Positions 27,356 through 39,229 are shown, counted from the first letter of the stretch. The stretch is 64,000 nucleotides of DNA from Kondoa subrosea (GCA_039545335.1 BCIN01000003.1:558001-622000); one strand, 5' to 3'. The notes: generated by a model not told the origin, from the letters alone. A program made the numbers and translations.

Positions 27356-30300
27356 ATGCCGCTGCTTAAGGGAAACGATGCAGTCTGTAAGCAGCATCGA
27401 GCTAGTACAGGGCCGGAGCTCACAGACTATCAGTGCGACATGCCACAGAGCAATCTTCTGCACTCTTTGTGTTTGATGGATTCTCATCTCAAGTTGGCTC
27501 GCTACCCAAATCTACAAGTCATTTCAAGATCGAAACTCGATCTGGTTCATCCGCAGCTGTTCTTGGCTACATTCGATCTTTGGGCGGAAAATCATCTGCC
27601 GATGTCAAGCCAATCACTATTCTCTGCACGCCTACTTCTCTCATCGAGTTGACCGCTGTCTTATCAGCTGCTCTGCCTAATGCATCTGCAAGGCCACCTC
27701 TAGTCATTCAAGTTGCTTGCTGTGAACCTGCAATCGAAAGCAAGAGAGAAGATGAATTGCCTTCTCTGCAGCGTTTGCCTGCTGTTGCTTCTCTATTAGC
27801 AGCCTTGCCTTGCTCAAAAGTTTCAGGCAAAAACAACTTTACTCCAACGGTGATTCTGTCCGGTGGATCTGGTGAAGGTGTTCAAGAGATTGCAGATGGT
27901 CTAAAAGCGGTTGAGCATCTGGTCGCCAAAGGATCGGACGTCATTCATGCTTGGGAAGCTGTTGTAGCAGGACAAGAGTTGTCATCGTCTTTGGCTTCAG
28001 CCGAATCATCTGGAATGGAAGTTGAATACTCAAGCAATGAGGAAAGGAAGCCTCTATCTGAAAGCGATGTCAAGTCCATCTTGAACACCGACTTTTTCAG
28101 CTACCACGGACCAGCAAATCCAAACAAGGCCATCGTTTTACCTTCTTCCCTTCACTCAGCAAACGCTTTAGCTGCTTTATCCGCTGCTACCTCTACTGGT
28201 CTAATCATTGCTCGAGTATTACGACCCTGGTCTTCTGAACAACTTAACGCCGCTATTCCAGCCTCAGCCAAAGAAGTTCATGTACTTGAAGGTTCTTTCA
28301 ACGGCAAAGCCTTCTACTTTGACGTCCTAACTGCTATCCAAGAAGGCACCACTCCTCGCCGAGTCAAGCTCCTCACTTTACCAGCTGATGAAGTTTGGAC
28401 TGTGGCCGATTGGAACCAACGTTTCGCTCGATGGGATTCTGGTGAAGCTAAACCTGCTCCTCCTGCTCCCCTTTTATCGAGCAACAGCAAGTTGGCCGTC
28501 TTTTGGTCACCTGATGAAGGCAAAACAGCTGGTTTGGCTGATCGATTAGCTGCTCAATTCACCAATCAAGGTGGAGTTGAGACAAGGTTGTTGAATGAAT
28601 ACGACAACTTCTCTGGCAAAGAAGGTGGCTTGCAAAGGTCTACTCTGTTGCTGTCGCCTGCCGATGCAGAGAAGAAAGGTGTTCAGCATTCACTCAGTGC
28701 TTTGGTGGAAACCTCTTCTCCTGGTTTGCTCTTCCTTTCTGGACCGCCTTCCATTCTTGCTGCATACAGTCCTTTGGTTACCATTGATATCAACACTCAA
28801 GTCATTTTCTCCAATTCTTCTTGGACTCCAGAAGAATATGGCGAAAAACTCAATGCTGCGGATAAATCCACTTTGATCGCTCGATCTGGTGAAGGCAAGC
28901 TTTGGACTCTGGATGTCGCTTCAGTTGTTTCCGCTTCTGGTCTACTGGCAAGTGATGCACTGGTCGAAGAAGCTGCTTTCTTCCTTCTCTACTACAACTC
29001 TTTGCCAGCTGAAGAAGCTACTTCAACCATTGCCAAATTATTGACTCTTTCCCCTGCTGGCGGAGAATGGTCAGAAGAAGCTTTCAAAGGTTTGGTAGAA
29101 CATACGAGAAACGCTTTGAAACAAATAAAGATGGTTCCCTACGAAGGTGAAGGTCAACCAGCAGCTGCAGCAGAAGTAGACACTGCTTCGCCCGAATCAA
29201 TCAATATCTTGCCTACTCATATCCTTGGCAATGCTATCGGTCCAAACAAGAAAAAGTCTTTCCCTGATGCTGAGCCTACTGCACCACCTGCTTGGCATAT
29301 CGCTGCTAAACAACTTCTCTTCTCTGAAGCTTACGCAACTCAAGTAGATGCCACTCGTCCAGATTTGCCGGAAGAGAACTTCGTCCTCACTGTCACCGAG
29401 AACCGTCGTCTAACTCCATTAGATTACGATCGCAATGTCTTCCACCTTGAACTTTCTACCAAAGGAACAGGACTGAAATACGCTGTTGGTGAAGCTCTTG
29501 GTGTTCATGGTTTCAATGATGAGACCGAAGTAAAAGAGTTCATCGAATGGTACGGTTTGGATCCCGATGCAGTGGTCACTTTGCCCGACAGAGAACATCC
29601 TCATCTCAAATCGGAAGCAAGAACCGTTTTCCAAATCTTCCAGCAGAATTTGGATATCTTTGGTAAACCTGGCAAAGCTTTCTACGAGGCTTTGTCGAAA
29701 GTAGCGACCAACAGAGAAGAGTCAAGACATTTGAGATTCATTGGTTCAGCTGAAGGAAGTGCCACATTCAAAAAATGGTCCGATGTTGACACCGTCACCT
29801 ATGTCGATGTTCTAAAAGCTTTCCCAAGCACAAAAGCCAAACTTGGTTTGAGTGGTCTGTTGAGAGAAGTACCGATGATCAAACCTCGCCATTACTCTAT
29901 TGCAAGCAGTCAGAACTTTGTTGGCGATAGTGTGCATTTATTGGTGGTTACCGTTGACTGGATGACTCCTTCAGGTAAGGCTTGCGCTTGCTTTGGGACT
30001 TATATGTCAAGCGGCTAACGGCATTACAGAGGTCACACGATTCGGTCAATGTACTCGCTATTTAGCAAAACTAAATATTGGCGACAAAGTTATGGTTTCC
30101 GTCAAACCTTCCGTTATGAAGCTTCCACCTCGCGATACTCAGCCAGTCATTATGGCTGGTCTTGGTACAGGGTACGTCTTCCTTCTTTAATCAGTCTAAG
30201 CACACTGCTAACTTTGATCGCAGGGCTGCACCTTTCCGTGCTTTCATCCAAGAAAGAGAATGGCAGCGGAACCAGGGCAAAGAGATCGGTCCTTTGCTTT

Positions 30301-30898
30301 ACTATTTCGGATCTCGATATTCGGGAAAAGAGTACTTGTATGGGTGGGTCTCAAATATCAAATAGCCGAGAATCTTGCTCACTTTTGGTGCAGAGAGGAA
30401 ATCGAAGCCTGGTTGCAAGATGGTATTCTCACACATGCTGGTCTTGCTTTCTCGCGAGACACAAACAAGAAGGTGTTACATTTCTCATCGACTGTAAATC
30501 GGCGTTCATCATGAATTATGCAGGTCTATATCCAGAATAAGATGCAAGAGGACGGTAAGCTCCTCGCAGACATGATGGACGATGGTGCTTTCTACCTTTG
30601 CGGTCGTAAGTTCCGTTCTGCAGTCTACACTAATCTAGCTGATCTTGCACGCAAAGCAACATGGCCAGTTCCGGGGAGGTCTCCCTCAAAAAGTGCTGCG
30701 CGTCCGTTCTGACCTTTGTGTGCCCTAACAGATGTCTACAACGCATTACACGATTCACTCAAAAAGCATCGCGGCAAATCGGATGAAGAGGCTAAGGATG
30801 CTATTGAGCAATGGAAGGAGGACGAGCGCTACATCTTAGAGGGTATGTTTAACCCGCTACAAGTGTCACACATTCTAATGCGTTATACAGTATATTAG
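27356..30898 (+). CDS. MET10: Sulfite reductase (NADPH) flavoprotein alpha subunit
   Basis: PFOR-like N-terminal region (FSYHGP, RVLRPWS), ENRRLTPLDYDRNVFH, KPRHYSIASS, MAGLGTGAAPFRAF, YFGSR, AFSRD, FYLCG, C-terminal EVY*. Confidence 0.94.
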
Positions 30899-31244
30899 GC
30901 GAATTGTACTTGTTTTCGGTTGATAGACATGTGGTACTTTATTATGCGTACATTGAATGCTCACTGTGGCGCCTGTATCTCTCCGTGAGTTACCAGCTCT
31001 GTGTCGTTCGAGCTGTCCTTCTTTGTTTGCTCCGATAAGGTCATCATCCGGCCGAGACTTCAGTCTAGGCGCATAGCCATGATGAATGCAAGGCTAGCCG
31101 GTATTGTAGAAGATTTGCCTTGTTTTGTTGATTCTTGTTCTTCATTCAAATTGTCCGCTTGACTTGATTCTCTTCTTGGCTATCTCCATTGAACACAAGC
31201 TTCTCCCCTTTCTTCCCCTCCATCGACTTCTAGTGGCCAATCGG

Positions 31245-32428
31245 ATAGACCTGCGATAACGCTCCTGTCGCCAACAATCTGTCGAATGGCAACAACCTAA
31301 GTGAGTCTCTGTTTTCGGCCTTTCGTCGAGCATTGCTGATGAGTCTTCTCCTTCAAGTTTGGATTATTTCCTCTATCATGGGTGTTCTGCTCGCTATGGG
31401 AACCTGGATCTTGCGTGGTACTCTCTTCGTCGGCGATGAGCAAGGTTATGCCAAAGGTATCATCTTCGTACGTCGATTCTCTGCAAAGAGCTCGCTTTGT
31501 GCTAATGTGTCGAGTATAGGGTGGTCACGGTGTTGTCCAAAACTTCGGCAACGTTCAATCGATCTTGTTCTTGGAAGTCGCCCTCACTGAGAACTGGTTG
31601 ATCTTCGTTACTCGTGGTGGAGGAACATTACCATCTTGGCAATTGACTGGTACGTCACCTTAAGCGCGTTTTTAGTATCAAAGTAACCCCTCAGCTGCAG
31701 GTGCCATTCTTGGTGTCGATATTCTCGCTTCTATCTTCACCTTGTTCGGATGGCTCGCTGGCACACCACAACGCAATGAAATTACTGCACCACGGGGAGG
31801 CTGGACTGACATTGTCACCGTCGTGAGAATCTGGATCTACTCGTTCGGTGTTGTTGTCATTTGCGCTTTGGTGAGTTTCCTTTCCGTTTTTTCTTTCCAT
31901 TCATCAAGGCTGACTTCATCCTCAGATCTACACTATTCTCAACGCTATTGCATGGTTGGCTAATCTCGGTCGCAGAGAAAAGGGCAAGAAGAACACCGTC
32001 TTCGAAGACTGTACGTTTTTGATGCTCAGATGTGCTGTTTCTATCCTGATTAATATTATCTTTGATAGTCGCTGCGGAGATTCAACGTCTCACTGCTGTG
32101 CACAACAAAGAAGCGGACAGTTGGTCATTCGTCGATCGTGCGGTTTTCTTCTCCACTGTTTTCCGATTGACCGAAATTCTGATTTGCTACAACAGAGGTT
32201 GCGTTATTAAACGAGAAGGAGTCGAGCAGCGGTGAAGGTGGACACGGTCATTGATCTCACTTAAACGTGTTGGGAGCATTAAGCTCTTTTCGCATTAAAG
32301 TATTTTGTTGTTATGTTGGCTTTCATTATAGAAACTTTTATCGTGTGTAATTAATCCTCTGTGTTGCAATAAACAACCTTCATTTCGAGCATCATTGGTT
32401 TTGCCACTTATTCAAAATAGCTTTGACT
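31245..32428 (+). repeat. Right arm of inverted repeat: duplicated PMA1 3' end including 3'UTR with AATAAA
   Basis: Colinear inverted match to 18378-19562, exons highly similar, introns more diverged. Confidence 0.95.
31249..32254 (+). other. Headless PMA1 3' module (last transmembrane helices plus C-terminal tail); intact reading frame, no 5' half in cis
   Basis: Spliced [20 protein letters not shown]...[14 protein letters not shown]...[11 protein letters not shown]...GEGGHGH*; all GT-AG sites retained; upstream DNA is the MET10 3' region, not ATPase sequence. Confidence 0.85.
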
Positions 32429-32841
32429 ATCTTTGAAGCAGGGGTTAGCGTTGAGCATCACATGAACTAAAGAATTGGATCAAACATAGTGGATCTGGAT
32501 TTCGCGATGAATTCCGAGCAAGTGAATAGAACGGATGCATGCGACCACGGCAAGCACAGGGAATGATGACACCGCATCCCATTCAATGAGATGTTCGACA
32601 GAAAGAAGGAAAGCATGAGGAAAAGAAAAAGATACTTGTATATGAGAATGCAAACTTCCATGCTAAATAGAACATCTCTAAAGGCGTTTACTTCCTGTTC
32701 CAGGGGCTGTACCAAACCCTTTCCAAAAATCGTTCTAGCTCAGCCAGGATCTTTCACAAATAAGAAGAGGAGATGAAGGGAAAATGTAGCAAATTCGTCG
32801 TTTTCATGATTTCGTTTGCTCCGGAAACGCCGCAATGGTCT

Positions 32842-34296
32842 TTACATCACGATACTAGGCAGGTTCACCGAGGCTGACACTGTTTGAACATGTCAGTATT
32901 GTGAAAAAGAGAAGAGGACCAAGACCAATCAAACTTACAACTCTTGTGGGGCAAAACGGAAGCTCCGTTGATGTAAAGTTCATCCTTGATGCTCACATCA
33001 TCTCCCAAGACGGAAATGTTATCCACGCGAGCCCATCTTCCAACAGTGGAGTTCCAACCAATGATTGAGCTTTTGATCCAGGCATGATCCTTGACTCTCG
33101 CTCCTTCCATGATGACACATCTTTGCAAACGTACACCTTTACCGACCACACATCTAGGTCCAACAACCACGTTGGGTCCGATAACAGCTGTTGGATCAAT
33201 TGTAGCAGTTGGATCAATCATAACGTTGCCTTGATGAATATAGGGGTTTTGAGAAGCTGGAGTTAGGAGCTTGGAGTTTTGGGAAGTGAGGTAAGATAGA
33301 TAGAGGCAAGTGCCAGCCAAGAAATCTTTAGGTTGACCAACATCCATCCAGAAGCCTTCGAGGTCCATGGCATGAAGTTGCTTGTCTGCAGCTAATTCAG
33401 GGAAAGTTTCCTTCTCGATTGAAGTAGGTTTGGCCTCAATGCGATTGAGGACGGAAGGGTTGAAGATGTAGATACCGGCGTTGATGCGGTTGCCAACGAA
33501 TTCGACTGGCTTTTCGACGAATCGGTCGATCATAGTCTTGCCTGGATATTGCACAACCACACCGTATTTCGATGGTTCGTCTACTTTGGTGACCTGTGCA
33601 TTGGTTGTAGAAGAATTATCAGCGATTGGCTGAATGTCTCCTTGCCTCAACGCACCATGATAGTGCCCTCATTACCATGGTTGATATGGAAATCACGGAG
33701 AGCTTCAAAGGGATAGGCGCAAATGACATCGGAGTTGAGAACGAAGAAAGGTGAGTCGTCTTTAGCTAAAACTTCTTTTGCCAAAGCCAGAGGTCCAGCT
33801 GTGACAGACAACGTCTCGAAATGAGCAGAAACTCAAACTCCGTCTCGTTGCCTCGCACCTGTCCCTAACGGTTCGCTTTCGACCGAGAAAGTAATCTTGA
33901 TTCCATACTTCTCTTCCAGCTTGCCTAGAAGGGCGACCATGACCTCTGGTCTATAGTTGACTGCCAATACAACATCCTTGACGCCGGCCTTGACTAGAGC
34001 TTCTATTTGATGCCTTTGACCGATCAAAGTATGAGAAGCTTGAAATAGATCAGATATAGCAGTCCCTACAGGATCATAGGTTTGCTGTGAGGCGTACGAC
34101 AACGTGTTTAGCCGAGTATCGACACAGATAGCCTACCACTCACTTTGCGAATTCTACTAGAGGCTTGGGCAGCGTGAGGGTGAGAGGACGAAGACGGGTA
34201 CCGAAACCTATCAAATGTTCGCGCCAGTAAGCTTTCTGTTGTTGACAGCTGTTGATAGCACAACTACTGACCTCCGACGAGAATCAAAGCCTTCAT
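32842..34296 (-). CDS. PSA1: Mannose-1-phosphate guanylyltransferase (GDP-mannose pyrophosphorylase)
   Basis: [63 protein letters not shown], hexapeptide C-terminus. Confidence 0.97.
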
Positions 34297-34726
34297 GTTG
34301 ATAAGTTATAGGAGAAAAAAGAGGATAGAAGCGAAAGCGCGAAGCGTGGGTTTGGGTTTAAGAAAAGTTGAACTAAAGCAAACAATGGACAATCAAGGTC
34401 AGTACAAGTCTTTATAAGCGATTATTAGCCGTCCAGTATGATGATGGAAGGGCAGAGAGGCGCGCTAGAGCGTGGTTGAGCCTCGAAAATCCGCATGGTC
34501 CAGTCGCGTCTATGGACGGAACAGCTCTCTTTCGAACAGCGGTATAGCCAGGTGTAGAAGACTGCTGAGCTACTCACATTGAAAGCTGAAGAGCAGAAGA
34601 TATTGATCAGAGGTGGTGTCAGAACAACGTTTGCTGCGAAGTTGAGCTTCGTACTGCCTCGCCCTCTTTGCCTCATGCGACCGAGATCGCAGTGTAGCGA
34701 GCTTCAGGCTTGATCTTGTGCAAGCA

Positions 34727-35597
34727 ATGGCCAAGAAGAAACAGCAGAGCGAGACGGAGCCAAATCCAAATGCTGTCCCAAACAAGTGAGGGTCTCCCTT
34801 TCCTTTACTTTCTATGATATCTATGCCGTACTCTTTTCTGATTTCGCTACCCATTCATTCTCAGGGACGTGATTCAACGTCTGGCTTTTCTACATCAAGC
34901 TTCAGCTTACCTGTCTACCGTCTTACCTGCTCAAGACGAGTCTCAATCAACTCGAGCTTCTTCCCCTCCTGTCCCTTCTACTTCCACTACAGAAAAGAGT
35001 AAGAACTCTTGGAAACCTATGTCAAATCAAGCGAGTCAAAAGAAAGTCGGTAATGTAGTATCGAGACAAATGGTCGGTACCATGCGTGAAGTAGCCAAAA
35101 AAGCAGTAATGAGAATGTACGTCGCTATTGTCTTATTCCATCTCATGGACCGGATTGACAGACATTTGATGCACACAGTGATCCTTCTATCAAACGAACT
35201 TTATGTCAAGTTTGTGGAAGTCATCTCATTCCTGGAGTGAATTGTCAAGTCAGAGTCAAACGTAAGCGCTCTGTAATCGTATCGGGATTCGTCTCATTGC
35301 AAATGTTCGTCGCTTACAGCATCCAAATCTCATGCACATCGATTGCGATACACTTGTCTGACATGCAAAACTCCTCGGTCTATCCCTGCTCCTCCTATCA
35401 TTCCCGAAAAACCAGAAGCAGAAGAATCAAAGAAACTATCCAAGTCTGCTCGACGAAGAATGAAAATGGCTAAAAGACAACCTGAATTCTTCGAACGAAA
35501 AGAACATCAAGTTTTTGCGGGTTCGAAAGCTGTCATGCCTGACCCTGAAGTAGAAGAGCAAGTAGTAGAGACTGCAGAGCAGATGGATGTAGAATAA
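34727..35597 (+). CDS. RPR2: RNase P subunit Rpr2/Rpp21 family
   Basis: QRLAFLHQAS, MREVAKKAVMR, DPSIKRTLCQVC...LIPG, CLTC zinc ribbon. Confidence 0.88.
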
Positions 35598-35686
35598 GAT
35601 ACAATTCAATTTATGCTTATGCGAAATGTAAAAAAGAGATCATAATAATGGTATACACATGCATAGATTCCCCATGTTGTCTCACT

Positions 35687-37365
35687 TTAATCACTGTCCG
35701 TGTCAGGTGCCGGCTTGACCATACGCTTGAGCTTGACTTTCCTTCTTAATACTGATAGGTCTTTCGTCTCATCATCCGCATCGCTTTGAAAATCATCTGG
35801 ACCCGTTCGAAAACTGATATCTTGTGCTTGTGGCTTCTTTTGACCAACCACAGTCTTCTTCGTAACCTTCTTCGATCTAACCAGACTACCAGTTGCCGCC
35901 TTTGGCTTCTTAACCGCTTTTTGCTCGCGAACAGCTTTCGGAATCAACTTCGGCTTGGGATCTACGTCCATTGATTGCTCCTTCTTGACAATTCTAGCAA
36001 GGGCTGGACTTTCAGGCTCGCTTTCCGTACAACTTTCTTCTTCTTTTTTCGCATCAAGCAGAGTAGAAAGCTTCTGCTGTGTGATCTTCTGTAAAGGTTT
36101 TCTTCGAGGTACCCATTTCAGAGAAGGCACAATTTCTTCCTCGCTTTCAGTGACACTGTCCTCTTCCTCAACATGAGTCGACTTGAACTGTGCAACGGAT
36201 TTAGCTTGAAGAGTTTGAGGTGAAGGCAGACGCTTCGTTGGAAGAGGAAGGAAAGACGTTTCTTCTTCACTTTCCGTTTCGCTTCCTTCCGCTAGATCTT
36301 CAGGTAAATCTTCAAATCCTCCATTCAACGCAATACGTTCTGCTTCTGCTTCTCGACTGAGCTTGTATTTGGGAAGACTGAGGGTTTCGAGGTAGATCTA
36401 ACAACATAATGTCAGTCATGCGCTCTACATGATCAAAAACAAACTCACAGAATGCATCTCGAGCAATTCTTTTCGAGAATGCAAAGTACATCGCATTCCA
36501 GCTGGACTGTGCTTCTTGGGTAAATCTTCACCGTCTTTCGAATAGATCCCAGCTATCGAATAGATATCGGGCTTGAAGGAATTGACGTCTAGATCCATTT
36601 TCCGGAAGAGAATCTAGCAAGCTGTTTAGCTGATTATCATAGGAGATGGTATAATACCGCTCACATCATGTACTTTGGCGACCTCCGCTAAATCATAGCT
36701 GTTCTCGATGTAGATGCATCTGTTGAAGGTCTTGAGTATTCGCTTGAAGTCTGTCCCAAGCCAATACTCACATGACTCGAGCCTAATAGAAGAGGTCATC
36801 GGATGTACAGAAGAATCAGCGGCCGATATACTCACAGGTTTGCCATTTTCAGTCGAAACTTTGGCTGCAGTAACGCTAGGGTAGCTGGAAGTCAGAACGG
36901 TGATGCTGATCATTCAATTACTGACGCACCTCGTATCACGAAGCTTCCCAGTAGGACTCAAGATAGCCTCGACAATGGCATTCCATTTCTTGTCAACACG
37001 ATGAGCATAAGAATAGATAAGCATTTTGCCCGAAAGGATGTTTGTGAGGTTCGCAATCATCTCCAAGTTTTGATGAGCAGTAGCAAAGAGTTCAGCACAT
37101 TTCAAAGCTTTGGCTTGTCTATTCAGTGGGTTGGTCTTCGCATCAAGATTAGCCAAGTCTGTTTTGAGTGTCGCAAGCAGTTCTCCGCTGTACGCTTGAG
37201 CTTCTTCCCTTCGCTCTGATATACAGTCAGCATTCAATAGGGCAATGATAACGCTAACTTACCTGGTCTTATTGTCACTTGGCTCCGACTTCGTCGGTGG
37301 ACAAAGATCCAACGCGTTTCCTTCGCAAGAAATCAGACATGGCTCTCACAGACGCATTGAACATA
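35687..37365 (-). CDS. Hypothetical multi-exon protein with acidic/Lys-rich C-terminus; possible degenerate 3'-5' exonuclease-like segment; start approximate
   Basis: Consecutive minus-strand ORFs joined by GT-AG introns; TESE repeats in the last exon. Confidence 0.5.
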
Positions 37366-37733
37366 CAACCATACGTCCGCCGATGCGAGTATGCAACTTC
37401 TGCTGTGAAGGTGGAAATCGCGCCAGAAAGTGGGAGAAGGATTGTCCTTCTTTGCAGACGAAAGGATAAGAAGGATCCATAGTAGGTGCTTCCCAGTCTG
37501 CTCGAAAGAGGTCTACATCCGCGTTGCGTCACGGTACAAGACAATGATGGTTGATTGTTTTTTGTTCTCGTGCAGCGAAGCCACTCGCTGCAGGTTGCTG
37601 GATACAAGGCTACCAGCGTACAAGGTCATCGTTGTGGTCCCCATCACTCTGTCAGTCAAACAGACTTCTGGTTATACCTTTCTGCAAGACCTCGGATTGA
37701 TCCTGGATTTCTGTCTCGCAAGACTTTGGCGGA

Positions 37734-39228
37734 ATGCCACAGCTGCCAGTTGAGCTGACGGATGCGATATTAGAGGAGTATGGGCTGCAGGAGGGCATTT
37801 GGGCTGGATTGGCTGCAGTTTCCAGTATGTTGTGTCAGCACACGGAGCGCCTCTTACTCAGCAATACACAGAGATCTTCAGCGAGCTGGCAACACCTAGA
37901 CTCTACGGCAAGATAAGTGAAGAAGAGCTCGCCAAACCTCTCTTGCTGGAAACGCTGCAGACCAAATCTTTCCTCTGTCAATACATTAAAGAGGTTACCT
38001 GGAGAATTCGCGTTCGTCAGACGCCATTAAAATCCTCAGTTGAAGAGAAGATCGATTACCATTCGCCAAGTGAAGTTGCGAAACTCAATTGCAACGCTTT
38101 ATCTATTCTGGCATTTTGCAGCAAACTCCAGGCACTTCGTATTGCGATACAACCTATCCATATATTTGAATCTCACCTCTCAGGTGAAGATGCCTTTCGA
38201 ATCAATCGCGATTGCATCATGGCTTGTCTCGACACTTCCATACTACCATTCCAAGATTCGCTCGTCCGTCTTATTTTCCTGCCGCCTGAAGAAGAAACGC
38301 AGCTATATATCAATAGTTGGCCGTTCATCAAGTGGGTCTTGGCCGGAAAGAATTTACGTGAACTGTCCTTAATAGATGAGATGGATTTCGACCGGAACAG
38401 TTTCTATTCTTGTGTTTGGACTAGACTGGAGTCTTTGGCGATCTTCTTGGAAGCGACTCTGAGAGCACCGAAGTTTTGGCTATGCAAGTAGCGCAAATGC
38501 CATCACTTTGTTCTCTGCGTATTGACGCTGGCATGTACGGCGATTCGATCGACTACATCTTAGATTCCATAGTCCGGTATCGCATGCCAACAATCACAAA
38601 GGTGATACTGGACAACACTTCGATGCCGGATGAATATGACGAAGTGCCTCCGCTTTCATCCCGCTTTCCCGCTTGTCAGTCCCTCACTATCAATTTGTGC
38701 GGTATCACTGGACATTCTCTCATCCTGGCGCGTAATCTGAATGCCCTCTTCCCACCTTCGCAAATTTGCGCTCACCTTGCATCCGTCGAGCTGGTCTTGC
38801 AAGACCAATATGCACGAACCCTCTCTGACGATGGCTCCAGCGTGCTTGGTTGTCTCTTGGATCGACAGAGAATACCACGACTGTAACACTTAAAGGTTCA
38901 ATGCCGTCTTGAAAGTCTGGAGTTGACAACCCAAGATATGGGCCTTGACTCAACCCTTGGGCCGCGGGAAATGCGACAACAACTTCTCTCTCGCATATTG
39001 GAAGATTTTGATCACATGCGTGTTAATGGGCTGAATGTAGAGCTGAAGTTCAATCTTTCGAAACCTGGAAGTGATGATGTAGGAATTCAAGCTTTACGAA
39101 TGGTGGAAGGAGGTATATTAGTAGAGCAGTGGGTTTCGAAAGTCGAAACCGAGCAATTGGAGCTATCGAGGGAATTGAAGGTTTCAAAATTCGTTGAAGT
39201 GAACGGCAGCTATGAGGAAGAATTGTGA
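37734..39228 (+). CDS. F-box-like / RNI-type leucine-rich repeat protein
   Basis: N-terminal MPQLPVELTDAILEE, downstream LxxLxL repeats (LQALRI, LRELSL, LESLAI, LCSLRI). Confidence 0.65.
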
Positions 39229-39229
39229 A

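Noticed and set aside
18378..32428. Interpretation of the inverted repeat as transposon TIRs or a mating-type locus
   Set aside because: Arms are host PMA1 exons and introns; no transposase, target-site duplication, homeodomain, pheromone or receptor gene was recognised inside
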